A DNA stretch of 60,834 nt from a virus (IMGVR_UViG_3300044972_001994:1-60834); one strand, 5' to 3'. Shown: positions 38,601 to 49,700, counted from the first letter of the stretch. Notes: generated from the letters alone by a model not told the origin. Made by a program: numbers and translations.

Positions 38601-39244
38601 GATATAGAATTGGATCAACTGGTCCTGATAGTTTACCTGTCGTTTCTTCAACAACAGATAGTTCTTTTGCTTCCTTAATTCCCCAGTATATTCCAGGAGT
38701 CGGTATTGATTTAGGAAATATAATTTCTAGAGCTGGATCTGGAGCTTGGACTTGGGCAGACGTTCACGATTCATACGGGGATCTTCCAGTTCCTCTTTTA
38801 TCCACAGTTTTCTTTACTAATTACGGATCTAATATTTTTGGAAAACAAAATAATCAATGGATTCTAAAAGATGAAGTTAGCGGAACTGTTATTTTAGATG
38901 TTAAATCAATCCCTTATTTTATTTACACCTTTACTGAGGTGGGATACTATTCAATAGAGAATAAAGTTGAGGATTCTTTAGGTAATGTCTACCAAATATC
39001 AAAGCCAGCCTTTATCAAGGTATTCAATCAATCTGTTCCTTCTGAATCAGATCCAAACCCGGAATATGTGAATTCTGTAGATTATGGATATCCTCAGGTT
39101 ATGCCAGGAGATAGAAATAACTCAGCCCAATTGAGCAAGGATCTTTTGGAACAGCAGGCGGTTATTCTTGAAGAAATGAGACAGCCATTTGGTTCTGGAT
39201 TAATTCTAAAGAACGATCCAGACGCTACTTTTAGTGGAAATTAA
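35633..39244 (+). CDS. Beta-propeller receptor-binding/fibre protein
   Basis: Reg_prop-like blades (SLPSDIVYSLDFDENGNLWIGTSAGL; YNSSNSSLPTDNIVSI); PKD-like C-terminal segment; GATAAATA at 35620-35627. Confidence 0.7.
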   Translation: MASTSAYINGTALDEFNNVWAVGRDLTKFDGSSWTYYDSTNSVVPGNIPYYLDTRSISISPNSTKWVGCAYSPSLPTPLVFSAAGPYAATGSSWTASEITGSGSQALDVPTIYASPFGDEILAFISPLNGGAGTGPAGVFGVTGGSLYTYSTVLKTWFENAPDFVWPHIYDIKAKGIDGYRFSYYLATQYGIYIIPDGDLSVSSLEGGEPYIENSTVWNSKNTSLPSDIVYSLDFDENGNLWIGTSAGLVYWDQNKFYVWDDTTLPNLGSNEIRFVQSRPNGHVFFSAGNPLNSQGTGLYYFNGDTLTVYNSSNSSLPTDNIVSIMLVENKSVNIGLKIFPNDIFVADETSIGLFDYVIPHVYASSKYAGTTGWNFVDYTPTTEALTTDEAALPKADKYTWNYPSWRNYQNYDLQYKHPGLDPRNLFLEANLKAIADGTAGTQDYWNLGQIPNFDSVQLAQSLQNSSWVNGVTGGVTKNTSSTYLDGKYIVGGYTTLDTAYFGLKNNLEPLVLNNPNPTLSSIPRSGQKVGYISYYNENGQIQDVITIRGEETEVWDVQSSPDQKSLYVLGSYKGYIEAGDLIWSSVYPGAAGMTGPIGGPIGFSNVQTPGITGSPYLYPWIYNGTQTLPATGPFLPVTTISVVNVSVPGIFVMEIEKNLGNQTSYGGINFGSTGSLETSYRLKNFRSFPGASSIYDPLSSSSTIDTAFYEKTLSLSVSDYDVDIVGTLEGGISTYKNGYGRTLDSIETSEFLFSSWNSSSYLKDGFWISLGTELELLKTNATYGTGGNKVFNSIQKDQGTLTYLITGTSDCPSFSFLGTSVTGGTSGVLPFYLISNYTPSVSSYNFIQTNSAPIDTDQGIDSGYRDGKYFFGTTYSGTASFGSYTASQEENYNGYSLLTVEITPSQSFTTLSSNKILPVDLNSTAIGIDDIEMGKEGQIFYSVFSQGGTATNNIYKINQYGGLNGSILVGGTGHLRLALDEKDNLLIGGYRIGSTGPDSLPVVSSTTDSSFASLIPQYIPGVGIDLGNIISRAGSGAWTWADVHDSYGDLPVPLLSTVFFTNYGSNIFGKQNNQWILKDEVSGTVILDVKSIPYFIYTFTEVGYYSIENKVEDSLGNVYQISKPAFIKVFNQSVPSESDPNPEYVNSVDYGYPQVMPGDRNNSAQLSKDLLEQQAVILEEMRQPFGSGLILKNDPDATFSGN

Positions 39245-39927
39245 GATTCGTATTCTCTGTAGATATCGAGAATTTTAGGAACGATAGGATTTCTATGGTT
39301 CTTTAGAAGAGTAATTACTTTAACCCCCTCAACTCTAGCTTCTAGAATTTTGAAGAAGTCTATTCCTGAGTCTTTCTTAGATCTTAAATCTATCTGAGAA
39401 GTGTCCCCGCAGAATACCATTCTGGAATTTGTACCAAGTCTTCCTACTATCATTTCAGTTTGCTTTCCGTTAACGTTTTGACATTCGTCCACGATAACCA
39501 TAGCATCTACGAAAGTTCTACCCCTAACGAATGTAAAAGGCAGAATTTCTATAGTCTGACTTTCTATCATTTTGTCGATAGTTTCCTTGTTGTATAGCAT
39601 GTAAAGGTTTGCGTAAATAGGAGCTAACCAAGGGTCCATCTTTGCTTTAATATCCCCAGGAAGAAATCCCATTGGATCTGCTGCATCAACTACTGGTCTG
39701 GTGATGATAATCTTTTCGATTTCTCGATTAAAGAATAGATCTAGAGCTATTTGACAAGCTAATAGAGTTTTTCCCGATCCTGCCTGTCCCTTTACTAAGG
39801 TAACTACATTTTTTAGGATTTCTGATTTTGCTGCTTTTTGTTCTTCGTTTAGAGCGAGTGCAAATTTGATTTCACCTTTAGGTTTTCTCTTTACAGCGTT
39901 TTTGTTGGCGGTTTGTTTTTGATCCAT
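39241..39927 (-). CDS. phoH: PhoH-family ATPase
   Basis: GQAGSGKT, ITRP, GFLPGD, RGRTF, DECQN, RLG and GDTSQIDL motifs plus the terminal HR motif. Confidence 0.95.
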   Translation of the reverse strand: MDQKQTANKNAVKRKPKGEIKFALALNEEQKAAKSEILKNVVTLVKGQAGSGKTLLACQIALDLFFNREIEKIIITRPVVDAADPMGFLPGDIKAKMDPWLAPIYANLYMLYNKETIDKMIESQTIEILPFTFVRGRTFVDAMVIVDECQNVNGKQTEMIVGRLGTNSRMVFCGDTSQIDLRSKKDSGIDFFKILEARVEGVKVITLLKNHRNPIVPKILDIYREYES

Positions 39928-39945
39928 GAGTAATAAATCTTATGG

Positions 39946-40006
39946 TATATATTAACTTAAATTTTGAAATTTTAATTTTAGACTTGTTTTAGTGCATTGA
40001 TATATA
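39946..40006. promoter_or_regulatory. Divergent putative late promoters (AATATATA on -, 39946-39953; GATATATA on +, 39999-40006)
   Basis: Each motif lies upstream of the start codon on its own strand (phoH; 40048). Confidence 0.6.
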
Positions 40007-40047
40007 GAAAGAATAAAAATATATCAGCAGAAAACAAATAAATTAAA

Positions 40048-40944
40048 ATGGCAACAGTAACTACAACCTCCATTCTTGGATCAGATTCGATATCAGCTTC
40101 GAGAATAACAATCAACTCTAATTTTCTAATTTTGGATAATTGGGTAAACGGATTCGTTAGTACCTTTGGGATCGACACAAACACCGGAATTTTAAACCTT
40201 TCCTCGGCTTCAACAGGATCTATTTATGCAAAAACAGGTTATTTCGACCAGGTTCAAGTACCTGCTGTAGGATCTTTCCTTGCTAGAATTCTATCAAGCG
40301 GAGCAGCATCTTTTACAGGGGTTAGCACAACAACATTTACTTCTAGCGGACTGACCACTATCAGCGGATCTTTAGTTCAAAACGGAGCATCTACTTTTGG
40401 AGCAACTGCGGCTTTTAATAGCCCAGTAAATATAAACGGATCTTTAATTATAGGTTCATTAGGAAATTTAAGAAGTACTAATACAACTTACGTTTCAGGA
40501 GCTACTGCAGGTCAAGCATTCCCAGTTTCTGATACTCTTGGAGGAGGTGGACTTTTTACTACTGTAAATGCACCTTATGCTATCACCGGACAAGAAGACG
40601 TTATTTATGCAAATTGTGGTCCTACTGGATTTTTCATGTCTGTAGTAGCTGGAAATGGAGCAACCGCTGCTAATATTCCTGCTGGATATAGAATCAGGAT
40701 TGTTAATACAAGTGGAGCTACTGGATACATTTATACCGGGGTAACCGGGGGTGGGTCTGATTATTATACCGGATTTAACACATCTTCATCTTACGGAAAC
40801 TATCCAACAGGAGGAATCGTGGTAAATCAGAACAGCCAATATCAGGCTTCTGTTCACCTTCAATGGGAACCCAGAATTGCACAAGGGCAAGCAAGCCAAC
40901 AAGGATCTTGGATCGTTCTTTCTGGAACTAACGTAACAATATAA
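40048..40944 (+). CDS. Short tail-fibre-like virion protein
   Basis: N-terminal DSISASRITINSNF fibre-anchor motif; G/S/T-rich beta repeats. Confidence 0.6.
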   Translation: MATVTTTSILGSDSISASRITINSNFLILDNWVNGFVSTFGIDTNTGILNLSSASTGSIYAKTGYFDQVQVPAVGSFLARILSSGAASFTGVSTTTFTSSGLTTISGSLVQNGASTFGATAAFNSPVNINGSLIIGSLGNLRSTNTTYVSGATAGQAFPVSDTLGGGGLFTTVNAPYAITGQEDVIYANCGPTGFFMSVVAGNGATAANIPAGYRIRIVNTSGATGYIYTGVTGGGSDYYTGFNTSSSYGNYPTGGIVVNQNSQYQASVHLQWEPRIAQGQASQQGSWIVLSGTNVTI

Positions 40945-40959
40945 AATTAAAAAGCTTAG

Positions 40960-43161
40960 ATGGCTACAACCCCTTTCATTCGCCCACTACAAGTACAAGG
41001 AGGAACCTTCTATAGTTTCTCTTCTTCTGCTGAGGATTTATCATTCACATTTAATAATTCGGTTAACAAATTTAAATTTTCTAAGTTTGCCCTTCTAAAT
41101 ATTCCCCCTTTAAATAACGGGGACCCTCTTGGGAATTCCCTTAAATTAAACGCTCCAGATAGTGCTTTCTTAGATTTTGCTACTAATGCTCAGCAAATAA
41201 TTACCGGAAATGCAAATATAGATTTTTCTCAAAGTTTTCAAAGCTATTGCTTAAATTTAGAATCTACAATTTTAAGTTCCACTGACTATAATTCAGATAT
41301 TAAGCAAACCGTTGCAGAAAAAGTTTTCTTTAAGTGGTTAAAAGAAATCGGTGGGATTAGATATCAGCCGGCTAATTCAACCCAGGTTACTCCTTTATTA
41401 AATCAAAATCAAGTTCCAGTAAATGTAAACGGTCTTCCAACTTCTAATCAATTAAGATGGGTAGAGGGAGATCCTGTTGGAGGTACTGGATCTTACGGTC
41501 TAACTGGTGCAAACTATAATAGAGTTGTTCAGTATATTGGGAACTTGGATATTGTAAACTCTGTTAAGAATAATAATAACACTTACTCAGAAGTTTATGT
41601 TTATGTTCCAACTAAAGACGGAAACACTCCGACAGTTTTATTTAAGAACACCTTAGACGTAAATTACCTTCAAGATTATCAATGGACAAATAATCCGACA
41701 GATCCGCTTAATGACGAATATCTACAAGGAAGAGCTTATGATGAATTAAATCCAAGTGGATTAACTAATTTAGCTATCTTTGACGATGACGTATTAGGTG
41801 CACCAACAGTTACCTTTACCGACACTGACGACGGTGCTACAGGATCAGGAAATTGGTATACACCAAGAGATACTGCTGACACGTATTTCACCGACACTAT
41901 TTTCTATGATCCAACTTCTCAGATTTTAACTAAAACATTCAATTCAGTTTCTCAGACTTATGTTAGAACTAAATTGGATTCAGTGGGGATTGATTTTGAT
42001 CCGGATTCATATCAACAGATAGTTTCTGATTCCTCAATTTCTACAATAGAGGAATTTAATTCCACAGCTGCTTCTGAGGATTTTAACTTCAACTGTGTTT
42101 TAATTTACTATGATGTTTACGATCCTGCCACCCCAGCAGATTCTGCTACTAATCTATACGGAGTTCTTTTCTTGGATGATGTTCAAGATTCAGGAGCAAA
42201 TATTTATTCGATCCCGACACTTAAGAAATATAAACCAAATATCGTCACTAAATTAAATGGTAATTCTTATGGGTTCAAAATAAATCTTAAGTTTGATGTT
42301 GATATAGATCAAACCGGAGTAGAACAAGCAATTAATGATTATTCTCCTTTCTCTTTAAGTATGTTTATGGATTCCATGAACGTTCTTCAGGATGCAACTT
42401 CAACTATAAATAACACAGCATCTACTTACGTTGGACTAGAACAAAGGGTTTCTAATTTGGAAAGTTTGTCTCTTACTTCTGATAGTGTATTTAATATCGA
42501 TAAAAGAATTGCTGATTTAGAAGCTTCTTTAGCAGCTAACCAGGCAATATTTAATAACACCCAAGCAATAATGGGGCTGATTAATCAAAACTATGAATTA
42601 GTTAGATCATTAATCAACAACGAGACAAGTATTGAGGTTTCTTATAATTTAAATCTTATTAAGCAAGGACCTGGTATTGTTGTAGACAGAAGCATTCCAA
42701 ACCAACTAATTATCTCTAATGATAATCAAGATTATAATATTGGAGTAGATGGAGGAGTGGTTACTTTATCAACAACTTCTAATAATGTAATTTCATTAAG
42801 ACCATATGGAAATTACACTAAACACGTTAACAACGGAACACCTATTACTCTAACCTCGGATCTAACAATCAGATTAAATGACACAGATCAAAAATGGAGA
42901 AGAGGTCAAGTTTATAGATTCTCATTTGGAGATCAGATCTACCCAGGAGATTATAACGTTACATTCTTAACCGATGCAACAGGATCTTATCCTGTTTCTT
43001 CACCTTCTGGAGTTCCTTATGGCAATTTAATTATTTCTTTAAACAAGACCGAATTTGAAGCTAAAGATTATCTTCCAGTGATTGATATAATTTGTACAAA
43101 TTCTGAAAACTTAACCTTCCAGGTTGATATGATAGGTAATAGTCTAACCAATAACTCTTAA
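40960..43161 (+). CDS. Putative virion structural protein
   Basis: 733 aa, N/D/T-rich with a short coiled coil (LEQRVSNLE, IDKRIADLE); in the tail cluster. Confidence 0.55.
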   Translation: MATTPFIRPLQVQGGTFYSFSSSAEDLSFTFNNSVNKFKFSKFALLNIPPLNNGDPLGNSLKLNAPDSAFLDFATNAQQIITGNANIDFSQSFQSYCLNLESTILSSTDYNSDIKQTVAEKVFFKWLKEIGGIRYQPANSTQVTPLLNQNQVPVNVNGLPTSNQLRWVEGDPVGGTGSYGLTGANYNRVVQYIGNLDIVNSVKNNNNTYSEVYVYVPTKDGNTPTVLFKNTLDVNYLQDYQWTNNPTDPLNDEYLQGRAYDELNPSGLTNLAIFDDDVLGAPTVTFTDTDDGATGSGNWYTPRDTADTYFTDTIFYDPTSQILTKTFNSVSQTYVRTKLDSVGIDFDPDSYQQIVSDSSISTIEEFNSTAASEDFNFNCVLIYYDVYDPATPADSATNLYGVLFLDDVQDSGANIYSIPTLKKYKPNIVTKLNGNSYGFKINLKFDVDIDQTGVEQAINDYSPFSLSMFMDSMNVLQDATSTINNTASTYVGLEQRVSNLESLSLTSDSVFNIDKRIADLEASLAANQAIFNNTQAIMGLINQNYELVRSLINNETSIEVSYNLNLIKQGPGIVVDRSIPNQLIISNDNQDYNIGVDGGVVTLSTTSNNVISLRPYGNYTKHVNNGTPITLTSDLTIRLNDTDQKWRRGQVYRFSFGDQIYPGDYNVTFLTDATGSYPVSSPSGVPYGNLIISLNKTEFEAKDYLPVIDIICTNSENLTFQVDMIGNSLTNNS

Positions 43162-43177
43162 AATTGTAAAATAAAAA

Positions 43178-46100
43178 ATGGCATATACACAAAATTCTAT
43201 AAGTTCATTAGTAGCTCAGTTTCTGAGACTTCAAAAGAATGCTTTAGAAATAATTAACGGTTTAAATCAAGTAGCAACCTCAACAAACGATACTGTAGAG
43301 ATTCAATTACTAGATGAGTTAGGTTTCCCTACAACTTCTAGTATTCCAGCCTATGGTTATTTAAGAAGCCAAATCCAAAGACTTGATAGTAATGTACAAG
43401 CTCTAGCAGGATTAGGTGCCAATTTTTCTACCGTTAGAAACCCAGACGGAACATATTCACAAATTTATAAAGCAAGTCCGCTGAGAGATCCATCACCGTT
43501 GGTCGGTCTTCCAGTTCCTAGCACATTTTCTATTAAGGACAATTGGTTTTTTGAAAGTTTTCTTTCCCCACTTCTTTATATTAGCATAGATGTTACTGGT
43601 CAAATTCCAGACGAATCGGACAGAATCAAGATAAAAAGAATTATAGCAAATACCGTTACCGATGCTCAAAAAACTTATTTTGATCAAAATTTAAAGGGGA
43701 GAAACGATGTAACTGAAGTTGGATTTATTAACGCTTTAACTGCGGGTGGAATTGGATATTTTACTGATGAGGATATAATTCCACTTCCTCTTAGATCAAT
43801 AAGATATTCTGGAAACTTCAGTGTTCTTGGGGTATTTGATAGCGTGGTTTCTACTACAGACGCTAATAATCAAACTGTTCAGCAGACCGTAAGAAACTAC
43901 AAATTAAATAGTTTAAATTACACAGACACATCTTCCAATATATTAAACGGAAAAACTCTAGCTGTAAATGATAATCTTTTAACCCTTGACGGGTCTATGT
44001 ATCAAATAGTTTCTGTTAATATTAACGAAACTACAGTTCAGCTTAGAAGGGTTTCTGGATTTCAGCCGGTTCAAGAGGGTGCAGATACTTTAAGTTTATC
44101 TAGCACTGATCTAGGACCAAGATCTATCCAAGTTAATGTTGGGTATAATGAGAGACAGGGGGTTTTCTTTAAGAAAATTGATGATAACTACAACATAGTT
44201 TCTACCACATGGTCTACTGGAATTACCTTCTTTAGTAACGAGCTTCGAATTAATACTACTGCTGGGATTCAAACTCTAGAAACATTCTATCTAAATTCTG
44301 TTGCAGATATAGGGCAACTTCTTCTGAGCGCAGCTAAGGAGAAAAAAGTTCCTTCTTATGATGGATTAGTTCCAAATGTTCCTACCCTGGTAGATACTAA
44401 CTTCAAGGTAGTTCAAATTAACACACAATTAACTGCTGGAACTTCCATTGAAGATTTAAACTCTAAAGTTTCTGCTAAAACCGCACTTCAATCAGAAATT
44501 GTACAACTGGACAGTGCTCTTGCAAATGCAAGATCTGTAGCAAATTCCAATACTAGTTCTATAGTTTCTTCTAATGTTTTAGAATCTGTCGTATCACCAA
44601 TTCAATCTGCTACTAGTTCTAGTTCTGTACAAGCTCAGATTAATAATTTAACTGTCCAAAGAACTCAAAAACAGCAATTACTTTCCTCTCTCGTTCAAGA
44701 TATAACTACCCTAAGCCAGAGTACACCTAGCTTATTCGAAGCTCCAAAATATAGAGTTAGAGGATTCTGGGCTATTCCTGAACCTGTAGTTAGTCCGAAA
44801 ACTGGTCCTCAACAGGTTATTCAATTCTCTGTTCAGTACAGATACTTAAGTGATTCAGGATCTGCTAATCCAATACAGCAAGTTGATTACATTGATAACA
44901 ACGGACAAACTAAGACGGGAGCATTTAGTAACTGGAACGAATACAAAACTGAGATTAGAAAAAAGGTTTATGACGCCGCAACGGGAACTTATGTTTGGGC
45001 ACCGGAAATTACAGCAGATGCAGATGCTAATAATGTAAATCAGTTAGATATTCCTATAACGAGAGGAGAAAGAGTTGAAATTAGAATTAAATCTATCTCT
45101 GAAGCTGGATGGCCTGATAATCCTCAAACCTCCGATTTTTCTGAGAGTGTTATAATTTCTTTTCCAGCGGATCTTTCAGTTCAATCTGCATCCGCAAATA
45201 CCACTACCAATTTAAAAGACGCAGCAGTATTAGAGATTCAACAAGATTTACAATCTAGAGGAATTGACGGACTTTTAAACAAGCAAGTTGTTTATGGGGC
45301 GAAGACCTATTATTTAGATGCCGCTTCAATTTATAGCGGAACAGTTAGTTCTTCAGGACAACCTATGGATCTTCTTCAGAAGATCAATGAACTCCAAGAT
45401 CAAATCAGTTCACTTCAAGCAGTAGTAGAAAAAGCAGTTGGAACTTTGGAAGTTTACGTTGTTTTACCTGATGGAACTTCTGCTAAGATGTCTCCTGGTT
45501 CTATTTTTGAATTGCCACCTGTTATTTATAACCAGGTATTCCCAAACCCAACTACTGCAGATGCTGGTAGAATATCTTCTTCGATTTATTCTATTCAAAT
45601 CTTAAATTCTTCGTCAGGACTTCTTGAATTATCGAGTGCACTTCCAGGAGGGCTAAATACTCTTGCGGGATCTAGCAACACATACACACTTCCTGATGGA
45701 TACACTCAGAATCTTAGATATGGAGAAATTCCAATTTCAATCACATCTCTAAATCCCTCTAATATTGTTCCTCCTGGATCTCAAGTGGCTACCGTGAATT
45801 CCTTCCAGCTTCTACAGCAGGCTTCACCTTATATGTCTGCTAATGAAAATGGACAATTTATTTATCCGAGATGGAAAAGTGTCGGTTTAGATTCTACTTA
45901 TTATGTAACCCCTGCTCCTTATATTGGATCTTATTCATATGGAACAATAGCAGGTCAAGGACCCCTTGACGGAAGTGCACTCCTTCCCTTTTCTCCATCT
46001 TCTACGACACCAGTTTACCCTAATGGAGGAATAAACGGATCAGTTTGGAACGGTGGGGTAACAGGAACAACCGGATCTTATGTTGGAACAGGAAACGGAT

Positions 46101-46783
46101 ATATTTCTGAATTCTGCATCAGTAAGGACCACCCAGCAATTGCTTTAGGAGATCCTGATAATACTACAAATACAATTTTTACCCAATTGGTAACCCCTGA
46201 TTTTTCTAATGATGGATCTGTCGTTTATCCTTATTTTAGGCATTCTGATTATTTCTACACGGATGTTAATTCTGCTACTACTACAACTACTAATCCTTAT
46301 GCACAACTAGGATGGTCTGAAGTTGATAACACCTTTGCAACTGGACCAACTGCTTCAAGAACCGATTCAATGTATCCAAATAAACTTGGATTTGATCCCA
46401 ACGATCAATATTTGATAGGAAAATACACTTGCGGAGCTTATCTTTTCTTAGGACCTCCAACAACATCTTTAATTCAGGTAGAAGGATCAACTGCACTTGC
46501 CAGCAGATATGTTAAACAAGGGACGGCCAATTCGATTAATGTCCCTCTAATTTTTCAATTTAGAGCAACCGATAATTTAGGTTTTATTGGTGGATATCGT
46601 TTATCCGGAAATCCTAGCAATATCATATATCAAAAGAAAATCGGTATAGATATTCAAGTTAGAAATTCGGCTCCTTTCTCTTTTGATCTTCTTGCTACAG
46701 GATCTTATAAGAAACAAACCCTTGCTGGATTCGGAATAGGATCTGCTAGCTCACCTTCAGGAAACGCTTTAACTGGATTTTAA
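43178..46783 (+). CDS. Putative virion structural protein with coiled-coil segments
   Basis: 1201 aa; coiled coils interleaved with beta-rich FN3-like regions; GxTG motifs. Confidence 0.55.
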   Translation: MAYTQNSISSLVAQFLRLQKNALEIINGLNQVATSTNDTVEIQLLDELGFPTTSSIPAYGYLRSQIQRLDSNVQALAGLGANFSTVRNPDGTYSQIYKASPLRDPSPLVGLPVPSTFSIKDNWFFESFLSPLLYISIDVTGQIPDESDRIKIKRIIANTVTDAQKTYFDQNLKGRNDVTEVGFINALTAGGIGYFTDEDIIPLPLRSIRYSGNFSVLGVFDSVVSTTDANNQTVQQTVRNYKLNSLNYTDTSSNILNGKTLAVNDNLLTLDGSMYQIVSVNINETTVQLRRVSGFQPVQEGADTLSLSSTDLGPRSIQVNVGYNERQGVFFKKIDDNYNIVSTTWSTGITFFSNELRINTTAGIQTLETFYLNSVADIGQLLLSAAKEKKVPSYDGLVPNVPTLVDTNFKVVQINTQLTAGTSIEDLNSKVSAKTALQSEIVQLDSALANARSVANSNTSSIVSSNVLESVVSPIQSATSSSSVQAQINNLTVQRTQKQQLLSSLVQDITTLSQSTPSLFEAPKYRVRGFWAIPEPVVSPKTGPQQVIQFSVQYRYLSDSGSANPIQQVDYIDNNGQTKTGAFSNWNEYKTEIRKKVYDAATGTYVWAPEITADADANNVNQLDIPITRGERVEIRIKSISEAGWPDNPQTSDFSESVIISFPADLSVQSASANTTTNLKDAAVLEIQQDLQSRGIDGLLNKQVVYGAKTYYLDAASIYSGTVSSSGQPMDLLQKINELQDQISSLQAVVEKAVGTLEVYVVLPDGTSAKMSPGSIFELPPVIYNQVFPNPTTADAGRISSSIYSIQILNSSSGLLELSSALPGGLNTLAGSSNTYTLPDGYTQNLRYGEIPISITSLNPSNIVPPGSQVATVNSFQLLQQASPYMSANENGQFIYPRWKSVGLDSTYYVTPAPYIGSYSYGTIAGQGPLDGSALLPFSPSSTTPVYPNGGINGSVWNGGVTGTTGSYVGTGNGYISEFCISKDHPAIALGDPDNTTNTIFTQLVTPDFSNDGSVVYPYFRHSDYFYTDVNSATTTTTNPYAQLGWSEVDNTFATGPTASRTDSMYPNKLGFDPNDQYLIGKYTCGAYLFLGPPTTSLIQVEGSTALASRYVKQGTANSINVPLIFQFRATDNLGFIGGYRLSGNPSNIIYQKKIGIDIQVRNSAPFSFDLLATGSYKKQTLAGFGIGSASSPSGNALTGF

Positions 46784-46798
46784 AGGAATTTATAAAAA

Positions 46799-49700
46799 AT
46801 GACAACAGAAAAACTATTTGATTACAATAGTTCCTTCGGGGTACTTAGGACTAATCCAAAACTAACAGGAAATTTAAAATTAACACTAGATTCCACAGGT
46901 GGGATCTGGCTTAATTCTATGGACGTAAATCCAACCCTAAGTCTTCAGAAATATAAAAAGTTTAGCGTTACTGGACAGAACACGTATGCTAAAGATGTTC
47001 ACAATTTCTTCGATGAAGGAAATACCCCAAACGATATAGTTTTTCAGGTTGGAAATTTCACAAATGGTGCTAGACAACCAGCGGATACATTTAGTTCACA
47101 ATATGATTTTTTCTATGCATCCGGGGCTTCAACTCTAGTTGATAAAAATTATCCAGAAAATTTTAGGTATTTTCAGCCTCTTTGGATAAGAGACGTTATT
47201 CCTGATTATTTTGTTATTTTTAAAGTTCCAAATCCTATAAGTTATCCATATCCAGCCAATGTGGATACTATAGCTAACGGGTCTCAATATAAAGTAATAG
47301 CAAGTCCAGACTCAACAGAACCTTTCATTATTCAATATTGGAACAATGAAACTAGTTCTTTTCAAAATTACGCAGATGGGGAATTCTTCAACGGTAATAG
47401 CATTTACAGCACGTATACGATCGTTCAAGGATCAGGTTCAGTAACTCTGATGGATGAATTAAAAAACTACGCAGACGTGAATAACGTCGAGCAATTTTTT
47501 AATTCTAAGATCCTTCCAAATGCTCAAGCAATTGCTACATTTGATCTAAGATCTAAAACTAACATTGGAAGATATATCAGATCTATTGTTGCTAACCCTG
47601 GATTTAATCCAAATCCTTTTGATTTCAGTTTACAATCAAACACTTATAGCTACTACAACGGGATTAGTATAAAGAATGGGGTTTACACCCAAAAAGGAGA
47701 ATTTTTAAATTCCTATTTAACTTCTCCTAATTCGAGTTCTCAGATTGACTTTGAAGAATATATCACAGATGGATTTTCTAGAAATGGAATAATTTGTCCA
47801 AATCTTCTAAACATGGAATTCCTGTTCGATGATCCTGATGCTGATTTATATTCTATCAATAGATATTTTGGATTCTATGTTTCTAGAAACGACGTGGGTG
47901 AATTCAAATTAAATGGTCAATATTTCTTTGACAATAAGAATGCCTCTGACAATTTAAATCTTCCAAAGCCTTCTAGAAATAACATAGGATATTATTATAG
48001 TTCAACTCCGGCTTTCCAAAGTAGCACTGGAGGGGTTAGACTTTATTATCAAGGAGCTTCTGGATGGATGCCGGGATCTGAAGATGTGAACATTTACGAC
48101 CCTCAAAAACTTTATTATGTAACTGACAAATATGACAGATTTTATAGCCTATCTAGATATGAGAACTATGAAAAAAATGGGGCTCCCTTGTCATATAACC
48201 CTTACACTAACACATATTCTTTAGGAGATTGGTTAAATAACACGCCAGACTATTTAAAATTTGGACCTTATTATCAAGACGTTCAAAAAATAACTAAAGC
48301 TTATTCTTTATTAGTTAGCGGAAGCCAATATGGATATGTCAATATTGTAACAGAATCTAATCACGGTCTTTCCGACAATGATCTAGTTACTATTTCAGGG
48401 CCAAGTCAACAAATTGAAGGATCTTGGAGGATTACTATTCCTTTAGGTGCTACTGGAAATTCGTTCCAGATCCCTACAGTTTTATCTTCAGGCCCAGGTG
48501 TAGTTACCGGAAGCACAGGATTTATACCTGGTCAAACTTCAAATTATATTTTTATAGGTGGATCTACTGGATACACTTTATCCGGGTCATATTATTTTGG
48601 AACCACCGGATCAAGCTCTATAAAAACCGGATCTTTGGTTATTAGTGACACCAGTGTAAATCTATTAGATTTTACTGGACCTGATGAAAAAATTGGTTCT
48701 TATATTGGAAAAATAGACGGACAAAAAGGAAAGGCTTACACAAATGTGACTTTCCAGAAAAATCTAGATCTTACTCTTCCTGTGACATTCAAAATATTCT
48801 GGCCAAACGGATCAAGAGGAGAATTGGGAAGTAAATATGATTTAATAACATCAGGGGATTATGCCGGAACACTTCTGTCTTGGTCTTCTGGATCTCACTA
48901 TGCTGCAGGGAATAACTATTATTTCAATTGGTATCAAGGAACAACATCAGAAGTAGCTAAGGCATTCTCTGGTTCTTTTTCTGATATTTCTACTGTGGTT
49001 TGGGATGCGGGAACATCCGATGCAGATTCTATCATTAGAGTTAAAAACCCAGGATCTAAACAGAATCTCGAATACCAAATTACTGTTTTCTCCGATTATA
49101 CCACATTTGAATCTAATTATCAAGGAGTTTGGAACAATATTTCTGCTTATTCAGTAGGGAATATAGTTATCTATAATAACACATACTATAAGTCTGTATC
49201 TGCAGTTCCTCAGAATTCCTTTAATTATAATCCTTCCCCAGACCAAAGTTCGGATTGGACACTTTATTATCCTTTTTCTTATCCTGGGTATGTTAGCATA
49301 GCAGGGGTAGATGCATCTCAAATATCTTATATCCAGAAATTTCAAGGGGGAACCGATTATTCAAAAAATAGGGTTGTATTCTCTAATCTAGAATCCGGAA
49401 ATGTTATTCCTGGGAATTGGATAGAAGTTGAAAGCGGAAAGGGAATTACCGGTGGATTATCTATGATTTCTAGTGTTACCAGATATGTAGATTCCCCAAT
49501 TTATGATAACGATATTACCTCAACGACAGGAACCGTAACCGGATTTTCTGGATATAAGGAATATTTAGTTGCTACCCTATCTGATGATCGTGCAGTTATT
49601 AATCTAGGATCAAATTCTAGTTTTAATGTTTATAGCATGACTAATTTATACACCGGGGTATTTTCTTTCTTTGATATGAAGGAAATAGATTTTGATTTCT

